Positions 1-12,585 of a DNA stretch of 64,000 nucleotides are shown piece after piece. The position numbers and the translations under genes are program-made. The stretch is from Felis catus. Lineage: Eukaryota. The notes under the pieces were generated by a model, which saw only the letters and a list, made by a program, of their open reading frames with translations, did no database searches and had not been told where the DNA came from. Location: contig NC_058383.1 of NCBI RefSeq assembly GCF_018350175.1, positions 3,100,001 through 3,164,000 of the forward strand, in the 5' to 3' direction. Every line of letters starts with the position of its first letter. The stretch's first letter is position 1.

Positions 1-1334
1 TTTCTACCTCATCATCACCCCCGTATTTATTAAGTACCTGCTGTGCAGGACATCATAAATCAGCATGTGTGTGGTTTTCTCTGCGAGTTTATACATCATT
101 CTGAGATAGAAAGTTCGGCTTTGCATGGCAGTTGGAAGGGCATTTCTGCAGGGCCCCTGTCTGGATGGTTGGCAGACAAAAGTCAGATGGTGTTAGATCT
201 GTTCTGTGCCACCAAAGGTGTCATTTAAAAACAAATGTTTGGCTCAAAGCGTTTCACTCATATTGAAACAGGTCAAGCTTCTGTACCTGCTGTAACCTGA
301 TTATCTGTGGTCCGTTCCACCACATGGGTTTGGGGGGGGAGGGGAAGGTGGTCCTTGGCCACAGGGAGGAGGAGCCTGGTCTCGCCAACCCCACCCCCTT
401 ATTGTTAACATTACCGCGGGATCTTCAAAATGTGAGCTTCCGGCTTACAGTTTAATTTTTTTTGCTTTTAAGGGAAACAACAATTCTAATGATAATTCCT
501 GACTTGAAAAGTTTGTTGGATGGCCTAGTAACAATTTTAACAGCGGTCGTTAATTATTGGATACCTCCTCGAAACACGTCTTCCCTGATCCTCACCATTG
601 CCGTCAGCTGTGCTTGGAGCTCGCAGACTGCAGACGGGATGCTCGATGGCCCTCCCAAGGGCACACACCTGACTGGTGGCCCTCTGGCTTCTGCGCCAGG
701 CCTGTCTAGGCTGATCCTTCTTTTCACTTTGTCTTGCCAAACCCTCTTTGTGTTTTTGAAGTATTTTTTGCATATGCTACTTTTGTTCCTATTTCTCCCT
801 TTTAGAATGTCAGCCTTCAGTGTGAAACACTATAGGTCGGCATGAGCCACAGGCCCACACAAACTCTCGTGCCCACGTAGCCCTGAGCGTGCCTGTGAGG
901 GTGTTATTTATATGTATTCCCTTGTGTTGGGGCTGTAAGTCGCTAACTTCAGAAATTTTTGACAAAAGACAAGGCAAACATGGTTTTCCAATTAAGGTAC
1001 GGGCTTTACAACATTACGAGGCCTAGCGGGGGATGATGGGGTGGAAATGAGGTCTGTGTAGCCCTGGGTGAGGGGCAGCGGGAGACGGAGGGCCGCTGCC
1101 GTGTGCCGAGCCCAGCACCCTGTCACCAGCAGCCTCTCTGCTCCTGCACCGCGTACTTGTTGAGTGAGGAGGCTGCCGTCGTGTAGCAAAAGGAGCGGCA
1201 AAACTTCATCACCATCCCGGAAAAGGAGCTGAAGTGAGTGTCCCGGAGGTGGACGTGAGCTGCTTCGCATTCACAGGGAACGAGGCCAAATGAAAAACTC
1301 ACACAGTTCTGATGGCAGTTCGGGCTTTTTCTCC

Positions 1335-2410
1335 CGATTCATTCACCGAATATGTCCCGAGGACATACTACCTGCCAGACACCGTTCCAGGCACCGGCTG
1401 TGCCGCAGGAAACCAAAGAAACGCCCTGTCCTGAGGGAGCCCGTCTCCAAGTGGAAGGAGACGTGATAGGCCAGCTGGTGATAACAGAGAGGAGAAAATA
1501 AAGCCGAGCGTGCAGTGGGGAGAGGGGTTCCGGTGGGTTGCTGTTGTAGATGTGCGTTCAGAGAAGCCCTCTCTGATAATAACCGGAGACCTTGGAGCAG
1601 AGACCGGAAGGAGTCAGGGAGGAGGCCTGGGAGTAAATCAGGGAGAGGAGCAGGTGAGGGAGCAGAATGGCCGGTGCGTTGGAGGCGTGGCCCGGGTGGC
1701 CTCAGGGAGAGGGCTGGAGGTGAGCTTTTGGAAGTGGCTGAGCCTGAGTCCTAGAAACAGTTGTCTTAGCCAGAGTGAGGATCTTGGCGTTTGCTCTGAG
1801 GATCTGAGCGGAGCAGCCATGCACTCTTCGTTGTGACCCTTCTGTTAAGAATTATGTTCAGAATAGGGCAGTTCTGGGGCAGCAGAATCAGAGACCAGGA
1901 GGCCTGTTAGGGGTTTGCTGCAATGGTTGAGGTGGCTCAGATCGAGTGGTGTTGTAAGTGTCAGATGCTGGTCTCTTCTGAACATAGAATCGATAGGATC
2001 TATGCCAGATTGGATGTGAGGTCTGGGAGGAGGAGGGACACCATGGAAAATCTAAGACTTCTGGCCCGAGCAGCCAATGGGATGGAGTTACCGTTTCCTG
2101 AACTGGAGAGATGATTGGGGGCAAAACAAGTTTTGTGTATGTTGGGGGGAGGTTGGTGATGGCGTCTGAAATTTGTTTTGTACGCGTTTGAGGCGCACAG
2201 TAGATGGTCAGGAGGATGCACTCATGAGATGGTTGGATGTATCAGACTCAAGGTCAGCAAAGAAGCAGAGGCTCTGCGTTCGTGACATTTAAAGCTCTCT
2301 GCAGCTCTGTGTGACACACACAAGCCAGTGAGCGAAACCCAGAGGGTTCCCTCGTATCTCTGAAATGCTTGTGGCCGCAGGTCACAGAGGATGACTCTGG
2401 CTGAGTTCAA
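1335..2410 (-). mobile_element. Decayed L2 LINE, 3' portion
   Basis: Starts with ATTCATTCA (reverse complement of the L2 TGAATGAAT tail). Continues through typical antisense L2 3' sequence (tactacctgccagacaccgttccaggcac ... gatggagttaccgtttcctgaactggag). Confidence 0.7.
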
Positions 2411-3269
2411 AGACCGTGCATTGGAGTATCAGAGCCAAGCCAGGAGAAGGAGGGGACGGGGTGGCACCAGGATGTTGCCCAGGAGCAGGGAGTGAGTCAG
2501 CACCTGAATGGCTTTCCCAGGATGTGAGGTCCTATGCTGGAGCTTGTGACCGTGTCAGGTAACACAGCAGAGGGGCAGTGGAGCTGCAGAAGCAAGAGGG
2601 CACTCGCAAGTGGGGGGTGGAACAAAGAAGAAAAGGCAAAGTCTCATGACTGGTGCACCCGGGTTCAGTGCCAGTGCCCCCTGACACGGCACGGGCTGGC
2701 AGCCAGCAGCGTTCTCGCGTCTCACCTTCAGCCGTGAGCTGGTGAGAGTCACGACCCCGTGTGGCATGTGTCGACCGTCTCCTCCAACAGTGTCAGCCTA
2801 CCCTGGGTGCTGGCTGGCTAAGCCCTCCTTGTTCTGAGAACTGGGTCTGACCCCGCAGATACACACTGCTGGAATGTCTGGGTGAATGAGGAAGTGTGAA
2901 GGAAAGTCATGTGATATCTGCAAACTTCCTCACCGAAAGTGGGGGGGGGGGGCGGAGGGGCGGAGCATAGCAAACCTTGAGCAAAATGTTATTGATGAAG
3001 GGCTATCTTCGAAAGGCAAAAATACTTTGAAAGAATTGAGAGTAAGTTATACTCAGAATTTTGAAGAGGCAATTACAGGTTTTATTTATCTGAGAAGCTG
3101 CAAAAAAAAAATGCATGTTTATTTTTCTGATTTACTGAATCCACACAGTTAGTTTGGTATCTCTGCATGTCAAAGATGAGTATAGCCTTGTCTTATAAAT
3201 ACAGTCTAATTTGATAATAAAATTGTCCTGTGTTATTTGGGTTTTGATATATGTCCTTTGTTTCCTTTT

Positions 3270-3760
3270 ATTTCTCACAACGCGAAATGTGAATGCCGAT
3301 GTCGTGCAGTATTTCTCTTACCTCCAGGAGGTGATTTACGTCGGCAGTTATCAGATTAGGACGCAGAAACTTGTTCTGTGTGGTGCCATTCTTCTGCCTA
3401 ATTGCAGGCCCTCGTGCTCGGATTGCGTGTTGTAGCCTACCTGACGGGAATGCGGAAACACGGCGTGCTCGCAAGTGTTTTGCAGGGAATGCGAAGCTCA
3501 CAGGTTCAATATTTCAACCTCCGGTCAGTTTCGCAGGACGGGACGCCTTGGCAGCAGTGATCTGAATTGTGAAGTACGGGCAGTAAACGGCATCCCGGGC
3601 GATGGGGAAACAGCCTGCCTCATAATTGTCCGTGCTCACACACTTGAATGTCCATTAACTTATTACCATTTCATTTCAATCGCGTCAAGAAAGATTTGTT
3701 TAAATTAGCGCTTGCGGTGCAAGTCCCAACTTAATGCTTGAATGAAGTAGATCTGGTTGT
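3270..3760. promoter_or_regulatory. Candidate conserved non-coding element / enhancer
   Basis: No recognisable repeat; CpG retained; clustered TAATTG/CATTAA/GATTAG homeodomain cores, a GTAAAC forkhead core and GGGAATGCG twice (TEAD-like). Function is inferred only. Confidence 0.4.
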
Positions 3761-4974
3761 AAAAATATTTTTATAGTTAACGGGGCTTTCAGAATAATAT
3801 GCCTTTAAAAATGTTATATTTTATGAGCATTCTGTGAATGTTTATAGAGTATGTCTATACGTGTGAATTGAGCCATATTTGGTGTTAGTGAAAAAGACCA
3901 GAAGATGTGGGCTCCAGACCTGCTTCCGCCATTAATTCTGACCTTGGGCAGATAACTTACTCTGGTTTGCTTCCATTTTCTCAGGTCAGAATGAGGAAGG
4001 TGTGCTCGATGACCACTGAGGTCCTTTCTGGTGCTCACGTTCAAGCGATGCTCGCGGAAGGAAGGGCAGGGCCGGCTCTGCCTCTCCCGCCGTCTCCCTT
4101 CATGCCTCCAGCACGTGCTTATCGAGTGCTAATTTCACGCTGGCACTGTACTAGCTGCCAGGGGTCGAAAGGGGGGTGAGGCACCGAAGGGCCTGCCATC
4201 GGTGAGCTGTGGCCTCACGTGGAAACAGGTTAATAAACGGGACACTTTCGCCGTGACGTAGTGTGGGAGAGAGTGACGTAGAGCGCGAGGCACAGGTTGC
4301 CAGCACACAGGTTGATGAATTTAACAAATATGTGACAGATGCCAGGCACTTCCCGGTCACGTTCCTGGGACACTGAGTACTCCTGTGCCCCCCAGCCCTG
4401 CCCACGGATCTAATTTTTATTGCCACAGGATCGTTTTTCTATTCTAGAATTTCTTGTAAAATGCGACCATAGAATATGCAATCTTTTGTGTCTTGCTTCT
4501 TTCAGCATTCATTCTCAAGGTGATAGTAACAACAATTATTAACATTTTTGAGTGCTGGGCGCTATTTTAAGTGTTTTCCATGTAATCACGTAATAATTCA
4601 GGAGATCCTCGCAGCAGCCGAATGAACCGTCCTGTTACTGTCCCCGCTTACTGATGGGAGCTGAGGTGGACAGAGGCCAGCGGCCGGTCGTGTCAGAGCC
4701 CACGCTGTCCCCCCTGTGCTCACTGCTTTCTCAGCCTCTATCGGGAGAGTGAGGAGCCCGGAATATTCTTGGGAGCGATTACTTGTCTAACCAGGAAAGA
4801 GTTTGTATTTGCCAAGCTGAAGGGACTGTCATGTGGTCAGGGAGGAGGAAAGGGGGCAGGGAGAGTGCAAAGGGAAGAGACTGGATGGGACATGGGACCT
4901 GGAGTCACCAGGGTCTGGGAAAGAACCTGGATTTATTCCACACGCAGTAGGAAGTCTTTGCAGGAGTTGGTGCT

Positions 4975-6105
4975 TTTTTGGAAAATGTTTTGAAATTGCG
5001 GTAAAATACACGTAACGTATAATTTACCATCTTAACTGTGTTTCTGAGTACAGGTTGGTGACGTTAAGTACGTTCCCAGTGCTGTGCAGCTGTCCCCACC
5101 ATCCTCGTCCAGAACCATTTCTTCTTCCCACGCTGCAGCTCTGTCCCTGTTAAGCAATAACTCCCCGCTGTGCCCACCCCTGGCACCCGTCCCTCTACTT
5201 TCTGTCTCTGATTTTGACTCTTCCAGGTCCTTCTGTAACTGCAATCATACAGCATTTGTCCTTTCCCCCACTTTTAAATCAACGTAGTATGTTGAGTTGA
5301 TTGTGTATTCACACGGAGTAGCAAGAAAGAACACAGGTCCCTTTAGCCGGTCTCCCCAAATGGTGCTCTCTTGCCATCCTGTCAGACAGTTTCACAACCA
5401 GGTTATTGACATTGATACAGTCAAAACACAGCACATTCCCATCACCGAAGCGTCCCTTCTGTGTCCTGTTCATAGCCACACCGCTTCGCTCCAGCCCTCA
5501 CACCCACCCCAGACCTTGGAAATCACTGATCTGGTCCCCATTTCTCTAGTTCTGTCACTTAGAGAATGTCGTGCCAATGGAATCCTGCAGCCTGTCTTCG
5601 GGTTGGCTTTCTTCACTCACTGTGATCCTCCGATTCAGTCAGCTCATCGCCTGTGTGGGTGTTCGGCCCCTTCTCGTGTGGTGGGCCTGGTGCGGGTCCA
5701 GGTGCCACCGCCCGCACCACCGCTCACCTGCCGAAGGTCAGCTGCGTGGTATCATTTTTCCTCCATTGTGAGTAAAGCCGCCGTAAACGTGCGTGTACAG
5801 GTTTTCGTGTAAACACGGTCTTTGCTTTTCTGGGATAAACGCCCAGGAAAGCAGTGGCTTGGCTATGTGGTAGCTGGATGTTTAGTGTTGGTAAGGCGAT
5901 GCCAAACTGTTTTCTGGAGCGGTTGTACTCTTTTAGATTCCTCCCAGCAGCGTGTGAGTGATCTAGTCTCAGCCTCCTCACTAGCATTCACTGGTGTCAC
6001 TGTTTTTTATTTTAGCCACCCTGATAGGTGTGCAATTATAACTCGCTGTGTTTTTAGTTTGCATTCCCTAGTGGCTAATGATGTTGAATATCTTTTAATG
6101 TGTGG
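4975..6105 (-). mobile_element. Old L1 (L1MB/L1MC-like) 3' end fragments
   Basis: Antisense L1 3'UTR and ORF2-end motifs (aattgcggtaaaatacacgtaac...tttaccatcttaac; tttgcattcccctagtggctaatgatgttgaatatcttt). Confidence 0.8.
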
Positions 6106-6171
6106 ATTTTAAAAAGAACCAAATAGGAAAAAACTGCATTTCTCGAAGGGAAAAATATAATCATTTATTTA

Positions 6172-6394
6172 TTTTTTTTTTAATTTTTTTTCAACATTTA
6201 TTTATTTTTGGGACAGAGAGAGACAGAGCATGAACGGGGGAGGGGCAGAGAGAGAGGGAGACACAGAATCGGAAACAAGCTCCAAGCTCTGAGCCATGAG
6301 CCCAGAGCCCGACGCGGGGCTCGAACTCACGGACCGCGAGATCGTGACCTGGCTGAAGTCGGACGCTTAACCGACTGCGCCACCCAGGCGCCCC
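6172..6394 (-). mobile_element. Young felid CanSINE (SINEC_Fc-type)
   Basis: Full SINE with (CT)n region and A-tail; perfect 16-bp TSD tataatcatttattta (6156-6171 and 6395-6410); CpGs intact. Confidence 0.95.
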
Positions 6395-6424
6395 TATAAT
6401 CATTTATTTAAAAAGTCCACTGAA

Positions 6425-6675
6425 GGGCACCCAGGTGGTTCATTCGGTTAAGTGTCTGACTCTTGGTTTCACCTCAGGTCATGGTCTCAAAGTTCATGGG
6501 ATCGAGCCCCATGTTGGGCTGCACACTGAACGTGGAGTCTGCTTGGGATTCTCTCTCCTCTCTGCCCCTCCCCCACCCGTCCTCTCCCCCCCCCCTCTTC
6601 CCCTCCCCTTTCCCCCTCCCTCCATCTCTCCTTCCCCCCTCAAAATAAATAAACTTTAAAAAATAAATGAAATAA
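6425..6675 (+). mobile_element. Older carnivore CanSINE
   Basis: gggcacccaggtggttcattcggttaag head, C/T-rich linker and aaataaataaa tail. Confidence 0.9.
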
Positions 6676-6684
6676 AAAGTCATT

Positions 6685-7340
6685 TGAATGGATGAAAGAG
6701 CAGAAAATATGCAGCTGAAGTGAAAAATACTATCCTGTATAGGTATGAGGAAGAAACTCAGAATAAAGCACAGAGATAAAAAAAGACAGAAAATATAGAA
6801 GACAGGCTCAGAGATGAAGAGGATAGAATAATCACTTGAGCTCTAAGAAGGGTCCAGAAGGAAAGAATGGAGAGAACGGGGTGCGGATAATGTTCAGAGA
6901 TAATTGTCATAGTATTTCCTAAAACGATGGATCCTCAGAGTCAAAAGGCAGATGAAGCTCCAACTAGGATAAATGAAAATATATCCAAATCTAGACGTGT
7001 TCGAGTGTCACTGTGGAACTTCAAAGTCAGAGAAAAAACCTTAACAGCAACCATACGTGTAATTCAGGCTGCCTCAAAGGAACGACAATTAGATCTCAGC
7101 TGACAGCAAGAGTAGGGAAGATAGCGGAATAATAGCTTCACCCTTCCAAGGGACGTAACTCTAATCATGGAATCCCACATCCGGCTAATCTGCTCTCCCA
7201 AACCGAGGGAGACCTGAGGATATTTTCAGACAAGACTGGGAGTTGATGTTTCTGAAACGTGTGCTAAGAGAACTGCCATCAGTGGGCTTGAGGAGAAAGG
7301 ATGCTGAATCTAGAAGGAAATGGAATATTAGGAATGTTGG
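6685..7340 (+). mobile_element. Ancient L1 ORF1 relic
   Basis: A-rich and similar to L1M ORF1 (ccagaaggaaagaa; aggataaatgaaaatatatccaaatctagac; attttcagac); many stops. Confidence 0.65.
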
Positions 7341-7466
7341 TCTTTGATTTTTTTCTAGTTAGGAAATGTTTAGTAATTGTAGTTTAAATATATTTAAATA
7401 AAAGATAATGAAGCAGGGCAGGTTGAGATGATTCTTTGGGATTTTTTTTTAAGAATGGCTGCTGAA

Positions 7467-7679
7467 GGGGGCCCCCTGGGTGGCTCACTTGGTTAAGCAT
7501 TGGCCTTCGGCTCAGGTCGTGATCTCGCGGTTTGTGAGTTCGAGCCCCGTGTCGGGTTCTGTGCTGACAGCTCAGAACCTGGAGCTGCTTCACATTTTGT
7601 GTCTCCTTCTCTCTGCCCTGCCTCCAGCTCACACTCTGTCTCTCTCAAAAATAAGCAAACATGGAAAAAAAAAAAAAAA
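7467..7679 (+). mobile_element. CanSINE
   Basis: SINE head, A-tail and TSD aagaatggctg. Confidence 0.93.
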
Positions 7680-7763
7680 GAATGGCTGTAGAGAAATGGT
7701 GAGTATCCATAATGGGTTCCTGACATCAAGCAGGTTGTTTTTCCGTTAAGGTGGGAAATACCA

Positions 7764-8149
7764 GGTGCTCCTGGGTAGCTCGGGCAGTTGAGCATCTTAC
7801 TCTTGATTTGGGCTTAGGTCATGATTCTGGGTCTTGGGATCGAGCCCTGTGTTGGGCTCTGTGCTCAGCATGGAGCTTACTTAAGATTCTCTCTTTCTCA
7901 GGAACCCCTGGGTGGCTCAGTCGGTTGAGCTTCTGACTTTGACTTGGGTCATGGTCTCGCAGTTCGTGAGTTCAAGCCCCATGTCGGGCTCTGTGCTAAC
8001 AGCTCAGAGCCTGGAGCCTGCTTCAGATTCTGTGCCTCCCTGTCTGTATCTCTCTCTCTCTCACTCTCTCAAAAATAAATAAACATTTAAAAAAAAAGAT
8101 TCACTCTTTCTGTCCCTCATGCAGTCTTTCTCTCTTTCTCTCTTAAAAG
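7764..8149 (+). mobile_element. CanSINE interrupted by a nested CanSINE (7901-8098)
   Basis: The inner SINE is flanked by TSD aagatt(c/c)(t/a)ctctttct within the CT region of the outer SINE. Confidence 0.85.
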
Positions 8150-9794
8150 ATGGTTGGGGGGGGTGGGGGGGTACCAGAGAAAATCCGTATGCTAGTGGAA
8201 ATTCTCCACTAGAGAAGGAGAATGTGAAGAGTGAAGGGGGTGTGAGTGTGGCTGGAGGAACAAGGTCTGGAGAAGGTGAGAGGCCAGGCAGCCTGGGCAC
8301 CCACAGAGGGGGCATGAGAAGGAAGGCCTCGGCAGGGTGGGTCCGCAGGTTTGTGCCCTGTGTGCGGGGGCCCTTCCGGAAGGGGGGCCTTCGGTAGAGT
8401 GAAGGGCAGCTTCCACTGTAACACAACAGACACCTTATGTGGATGTGGATGCATGTGGCTTGGCTGATGTGGGAAATTGAGGGCTTGTGGATTTTTATCT
8501 TCTCTGCATATTGGGAAGAGGTTTAAGTTTAGAGTGAAGTGTGGCACAGGAAGAGATGTGAGGATGCTTAAGATAACCATCCATCGAGTCCAAGCAAACT
8601 GAGAAACTCGCTAGGCTCATGGGACCCTCTGAGCGCACATGTGTAGTTGTGGTTTGCGGGAATGGATCTCTTCAGTAACGTTTAGTAATTCTGGTGTAGT
8701 TGTACAGAAGATGGCTGATTGGATTCAGAGACGGTGAAGTCTTGCCTGTCAGATGGGAGTAAAAATAAGGATGTCCAGGGTAGTTTGCAGAGATTTGATG
8801 GCCCTCAGCTGTCTGAGGGAAGAAGTGACGGGTGGTCATGCATGGCAGAGTCAGAGGGCTGTGGGAGTCTGTGAAGTAGTGGAAATGAGTGGAGAACGGA
8901 GGGAAGTGCTGCATTGGGCCCCCCAGGTCCTCTCATCTTCACCTTGGCTATTCCTTCCAGCCCCAGACAGCTGGTGTCTCCTCCCGCTGGAAGGGAGAGA
9001 CCGGGTGGTGCTATCCAAATGGTGGCCAGAGGTAAATTTTTGTGGCGTGAACTTCGGCCCTTTGGGACCCCGAGAATGGTATGTGGGGGGGAGAGAGGGT
9101 GGGCCAACAGATAAGTCCGCTGGACTGTCCGATGAGACACGGCTTCCAGCGGCCTCTCTGAAGTCATCCTGGGAGTCCACAGTTGCAAAGCTGAGGCCAC
9201 TGGGTCCCCACCCTCCTTTGTGCTCTCTCCTCCCTCCCTCCTTCCTGCTTCTCTGTGACCTCACCCACCCGGAGTGAGGCCACACAGAAGCTGCTGCAGA
9301 ATGACTCTGTTCCCCAGGAGACCTGGGCTAGGACCTGAGGGATTTGAGGTTGAATGATGATGAATGGAACTTTCATAAGGCTTGGCAAGGCTAAGGGAGT
9401 GACCCTGGGTGCGGGGCTGACATGGCATGCAAGACAGTGTCAGCAGAAGTGAGAGGGTTAGACACCCACGTTCGCAGCGTGAGGGTGCTCAGCCACCTGG
9501 GATGACGGCAGGAGGAGGAGTCCAAGGGAGAAGCAGAACCGGGAGAGTCCTTCTTGGGCAAATGGAGCGAGCAAGTAGAAGCCAAGCGGGGATGTGTGGA
9601 GAGTAAATGGTGGTGTAAATCCATCCCGTGGGGGCAAAGGGCTAGGGTTTGGAAGGAGGAGAAATGGGCACTATAAAAGTGCCCACTGATGGCTCTGGTG
9701 GCGCTTGCTCTGCATAGACTGGACACCAGGAAGCCCTTCTGGAAATGCTCCTCTGGGTGCTTGGCTCCAACATCTGGCACTTTGGAATCCCACC

Positions 9795-10160
9795 GCTAGA
9801 GACTGACTGTCTATGCCCTCCCGCCCCCACCCCCACCCCAGGTCATAGGTTGAAATCCTCATCCCCAGTGTGATGGTGTTAGGAGGTGGGGCCTTGGGAA
9901 GGTGCTTAGGTCACGAGGGCGGAACCCTCGTGAACGGGATTAATGCCCTTAAAAAGAGACCCCAGAGAGCTCCCTCCCCGCTTCCGCCTTGTGAGGACAG
10001 AGCAAGAAGCCAGCTGTGAACAAGGAAGAGGGCCCCCATCAGACACCAAATCCGTCAGTGCCTTGAGCTTGGACTTCTGGCCTCTAGAACTGTGGGAAGC
10101 AAATGTTTTTTGTTTATAAGCCATGTGTGGTATTTATAGCAACATGAATGGACTGAGACA
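9795..10160 (+). mobile_element. MaLR solo LTR (MLT1A-like)
   Basis: gttgaaatcctcatccccagtgtgatggtgttaggaggtggggcc ... ttggacttctggcctctagaactgtg ... tttataagcca ... tggactgagaca matches the recalled MLT1A layout. Confidence 0.85.
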
Positions 10161-11367
10161 CCCACCCAGGAGGTGTCTATCCTGGGACAGGTCACATAGC
10201 CTCACAGTGCCTCTCCTACAGGGAGCAGGGAGACTCGTCTGTTCCTCCTGAGTTGTCCTGAGATTTAGAGTGAGAAGTGATTTACCAACTCATGTTTGAG
10301 GAAGTGACAGATGACCTGTACTATCTGTCACCCATCCTCCCAGATTACGTCCCGGTGCTTACCATAATGGTGCCCTGTGTAGACGAGGCTGTGTATGTAG
10401 TTGTCTCCAGGAACCGAATGCTAGCTGGGAGAGAGGGACCCCGGGGTAGAGAATGGGCTCTGCCCCGGTGTGTCCTGTGGGCTTTTCCACGTGCTGGTTC
10501 ATCCCCTAGAAAGTTCCTTTTGTCGTTCCGACCACATCCAGGAGGAGTCCCGTTGTCCGAGCCGATGATATTGCAGGCATATTAGTGTCCGTAGAAGCAG
10601 GTCAGAGAAAGATGGGCAGCGCGACGTTGCTTCAGTGAACGGCCTGCAGAGCGCTGACTGAGGTTGCACTTGCCGTGCTTCACGTCCACTGTGCACCGTG
10701 GGAGGAGGGCCGAGGTTGCCGTGAGAAGTTCAGCCTTTCTTTCAGGTTGGCAGGTAGTTTGACACTGTGGGATGAAAGGTCACCCTTTAAACGCTGTTAG
10801 ATGAGGTTTGGGGCCTCAGCCGGTGGCGGCGGGTACCGACCTCGAGGCCTGCTCTATCCCGTGATGCGCACGGCCGGAACGAAGGTTGTCACGTATCTTC
10901 TGTTCAGTAACGTTTGTGTGGCACGTGTGGCACGTGTGGGAAGCTTCTGCTCTACCTGCTGCTCTGGGATAAGGGTACCTCACAGGCAGAGAACTGTTCT
11001 GAGCAGCGTGAGTGGCCGAAGGGCAGGGGTGGGGGTCTTAGAGTTACTTGGTTCCATTTGAGTTGCCAGTGTAGTGTTTAATGACAAGACTTTAATATTC
11101 TATGTACCAATTTTTCATTTGAAAATAAAACACCACTTCATTTTACAAGAGCAGATCTAGTGACAATAATGCATTTCTTTACAAATATTAGCCTATTATA
11201 CATCTCAAGTCAGTTGCACATAATTGCATTTCACCAACTCTACATAATACTTTAATTAAAACCAGGATAATTAAAATACAGTTTTAATGAACAATAAATT
11301 CTGAAGTTGCCAGGCCTGGAATGTGCTATGTGAATCATACCTGCTCTTTTTTTTTTTTTTTTTTTAG

Positions 11368-11437
11368 CTCTTCAATCGGTATCCACATTATGTTTCGAAA
11401 TGGCAACAGTCTGAGCAAGAGGCATTTTTAATCGTAG
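11368..11437 (+). other. Candidate 70-nt exon; only open frame is LFNRYPHYVSKWQQSEQEAFLIV
   Basis: Long T tract plus TAG acceptor and TAG|GTAATA donor, in AT-rich unique flanks. The peptide is not recognised, so this may be a pseudo-exon. Confidence 0.22.
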
Positions 11438-11574
11438 GTAATAGTGTATACTAGCAAATCATGTATTTCTTTGTGGCTGTCATATATCTGCCCATCCTCT
11501 TGCGTGTATAGGTTGTTTGCTACTGGTTGTAAACTCTGGAATGAAGGAAAAGCTTTTCCTTGTGGCTTTCTTCC

Positions 11575-12585
11575 CCGGCTTTATTGATACATAATTAACC
11601 TGTAACAGTGTATTAGCTTCAGGTGTATACCATGATGATTTGATATATGTGTGTGTGTTTCGAAACGATTGCCACAATGAATCTGGTTAACATCCGTCAC
11701 CCCACAGGGTTAAACCTCCTTTTTGTGCTGAGAAGTTTTTACAACTACTCCCCTGGCAACTTGCAGATGAGCAATGCAGTGTCGTTAGCTCTACTCACCA
11801 CACACATTGCATCCCCAGGACTTGTCTTGTGACTGGAAGTTTATACCTTTGACCACCTTCACCCCTCGCCCCCACCCCCACCTTTGGCAACCAACCGCTG
11901 ATCCGTTTTCTTTCCACGAATTTAGTTCTTTTAGATTCCATGTACACGTGAGATCGTACTGTATTTGTCTTTTTCTGTCTTGCTTTTTTTCAAGGGGCAT
12001 AACGTGCTGAAGGTTCATCCATGTTGTCACAAAATGACAGGTTTTCTTTATTGAGGTTGAACATCGTTCCATCGTATATGTGCATACGTATGTACATAAA
12101 TATAGATCACATTTTCTTTATCCGTTCACCCGTTGATGGACACTTGGCTGTTTCCGTGTCTTGGCTGCTGTGAGTGATACTGCAGAGAACTCAGGGGTGC
12201 ACACCTGTGTTTGAGATGATTTCTTTTCCTGTAGATACACACCCTGAACTAGAGTTGCTGGATTGTATGGCGGTTCTCCTTTTCATTTCTCAGGAATCTC
12301 CGAACTGTCTTCCATCGTGGCTGTGCCAGTTGACATTCCCACCAGCAGTGTGTGAGGGTTCCCTTTTCTCCACATCCTCTCCAACACCTGTTACCTCTTG
12401 TCTTTTCGAGAATACCCACCCTAACAGGTGTGAGGTGGGGTCTCATTGTGGTTTTGATTTGCATTTCTCTGTTCGTGAGTGATGTTGAGCGCCTTTTCAT
12501 GTACCTGCTGGCCATTTGAATATCTTCTTCGGAAATGTGTGTACTCAGTTCCTTTGCCCATTTTGAAATGGATTGTTTCTTTGTT
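11575..12585 (-). mobile_element. L1 3' end (ORF2 C-terminus and 3'UTR)
   Basis: The minus ORF 12249-12608 translates to an L1 ORF2 C-terminus ([21 protein letters not shown]...[10 protein letters not shown]...[18 protein letters not shown]). Confidence 0.92.

Noticed and set aside
806..934. Strong plus-strand acceptor after a long pyrimidine tract, as a coding exon
   Set aside because: The nearest donor (GTCGGC at 836) is weak, and all three frames stop before the GTAAGT at ~935. It could only be a non-coding or terminal exon, which I cannot support.
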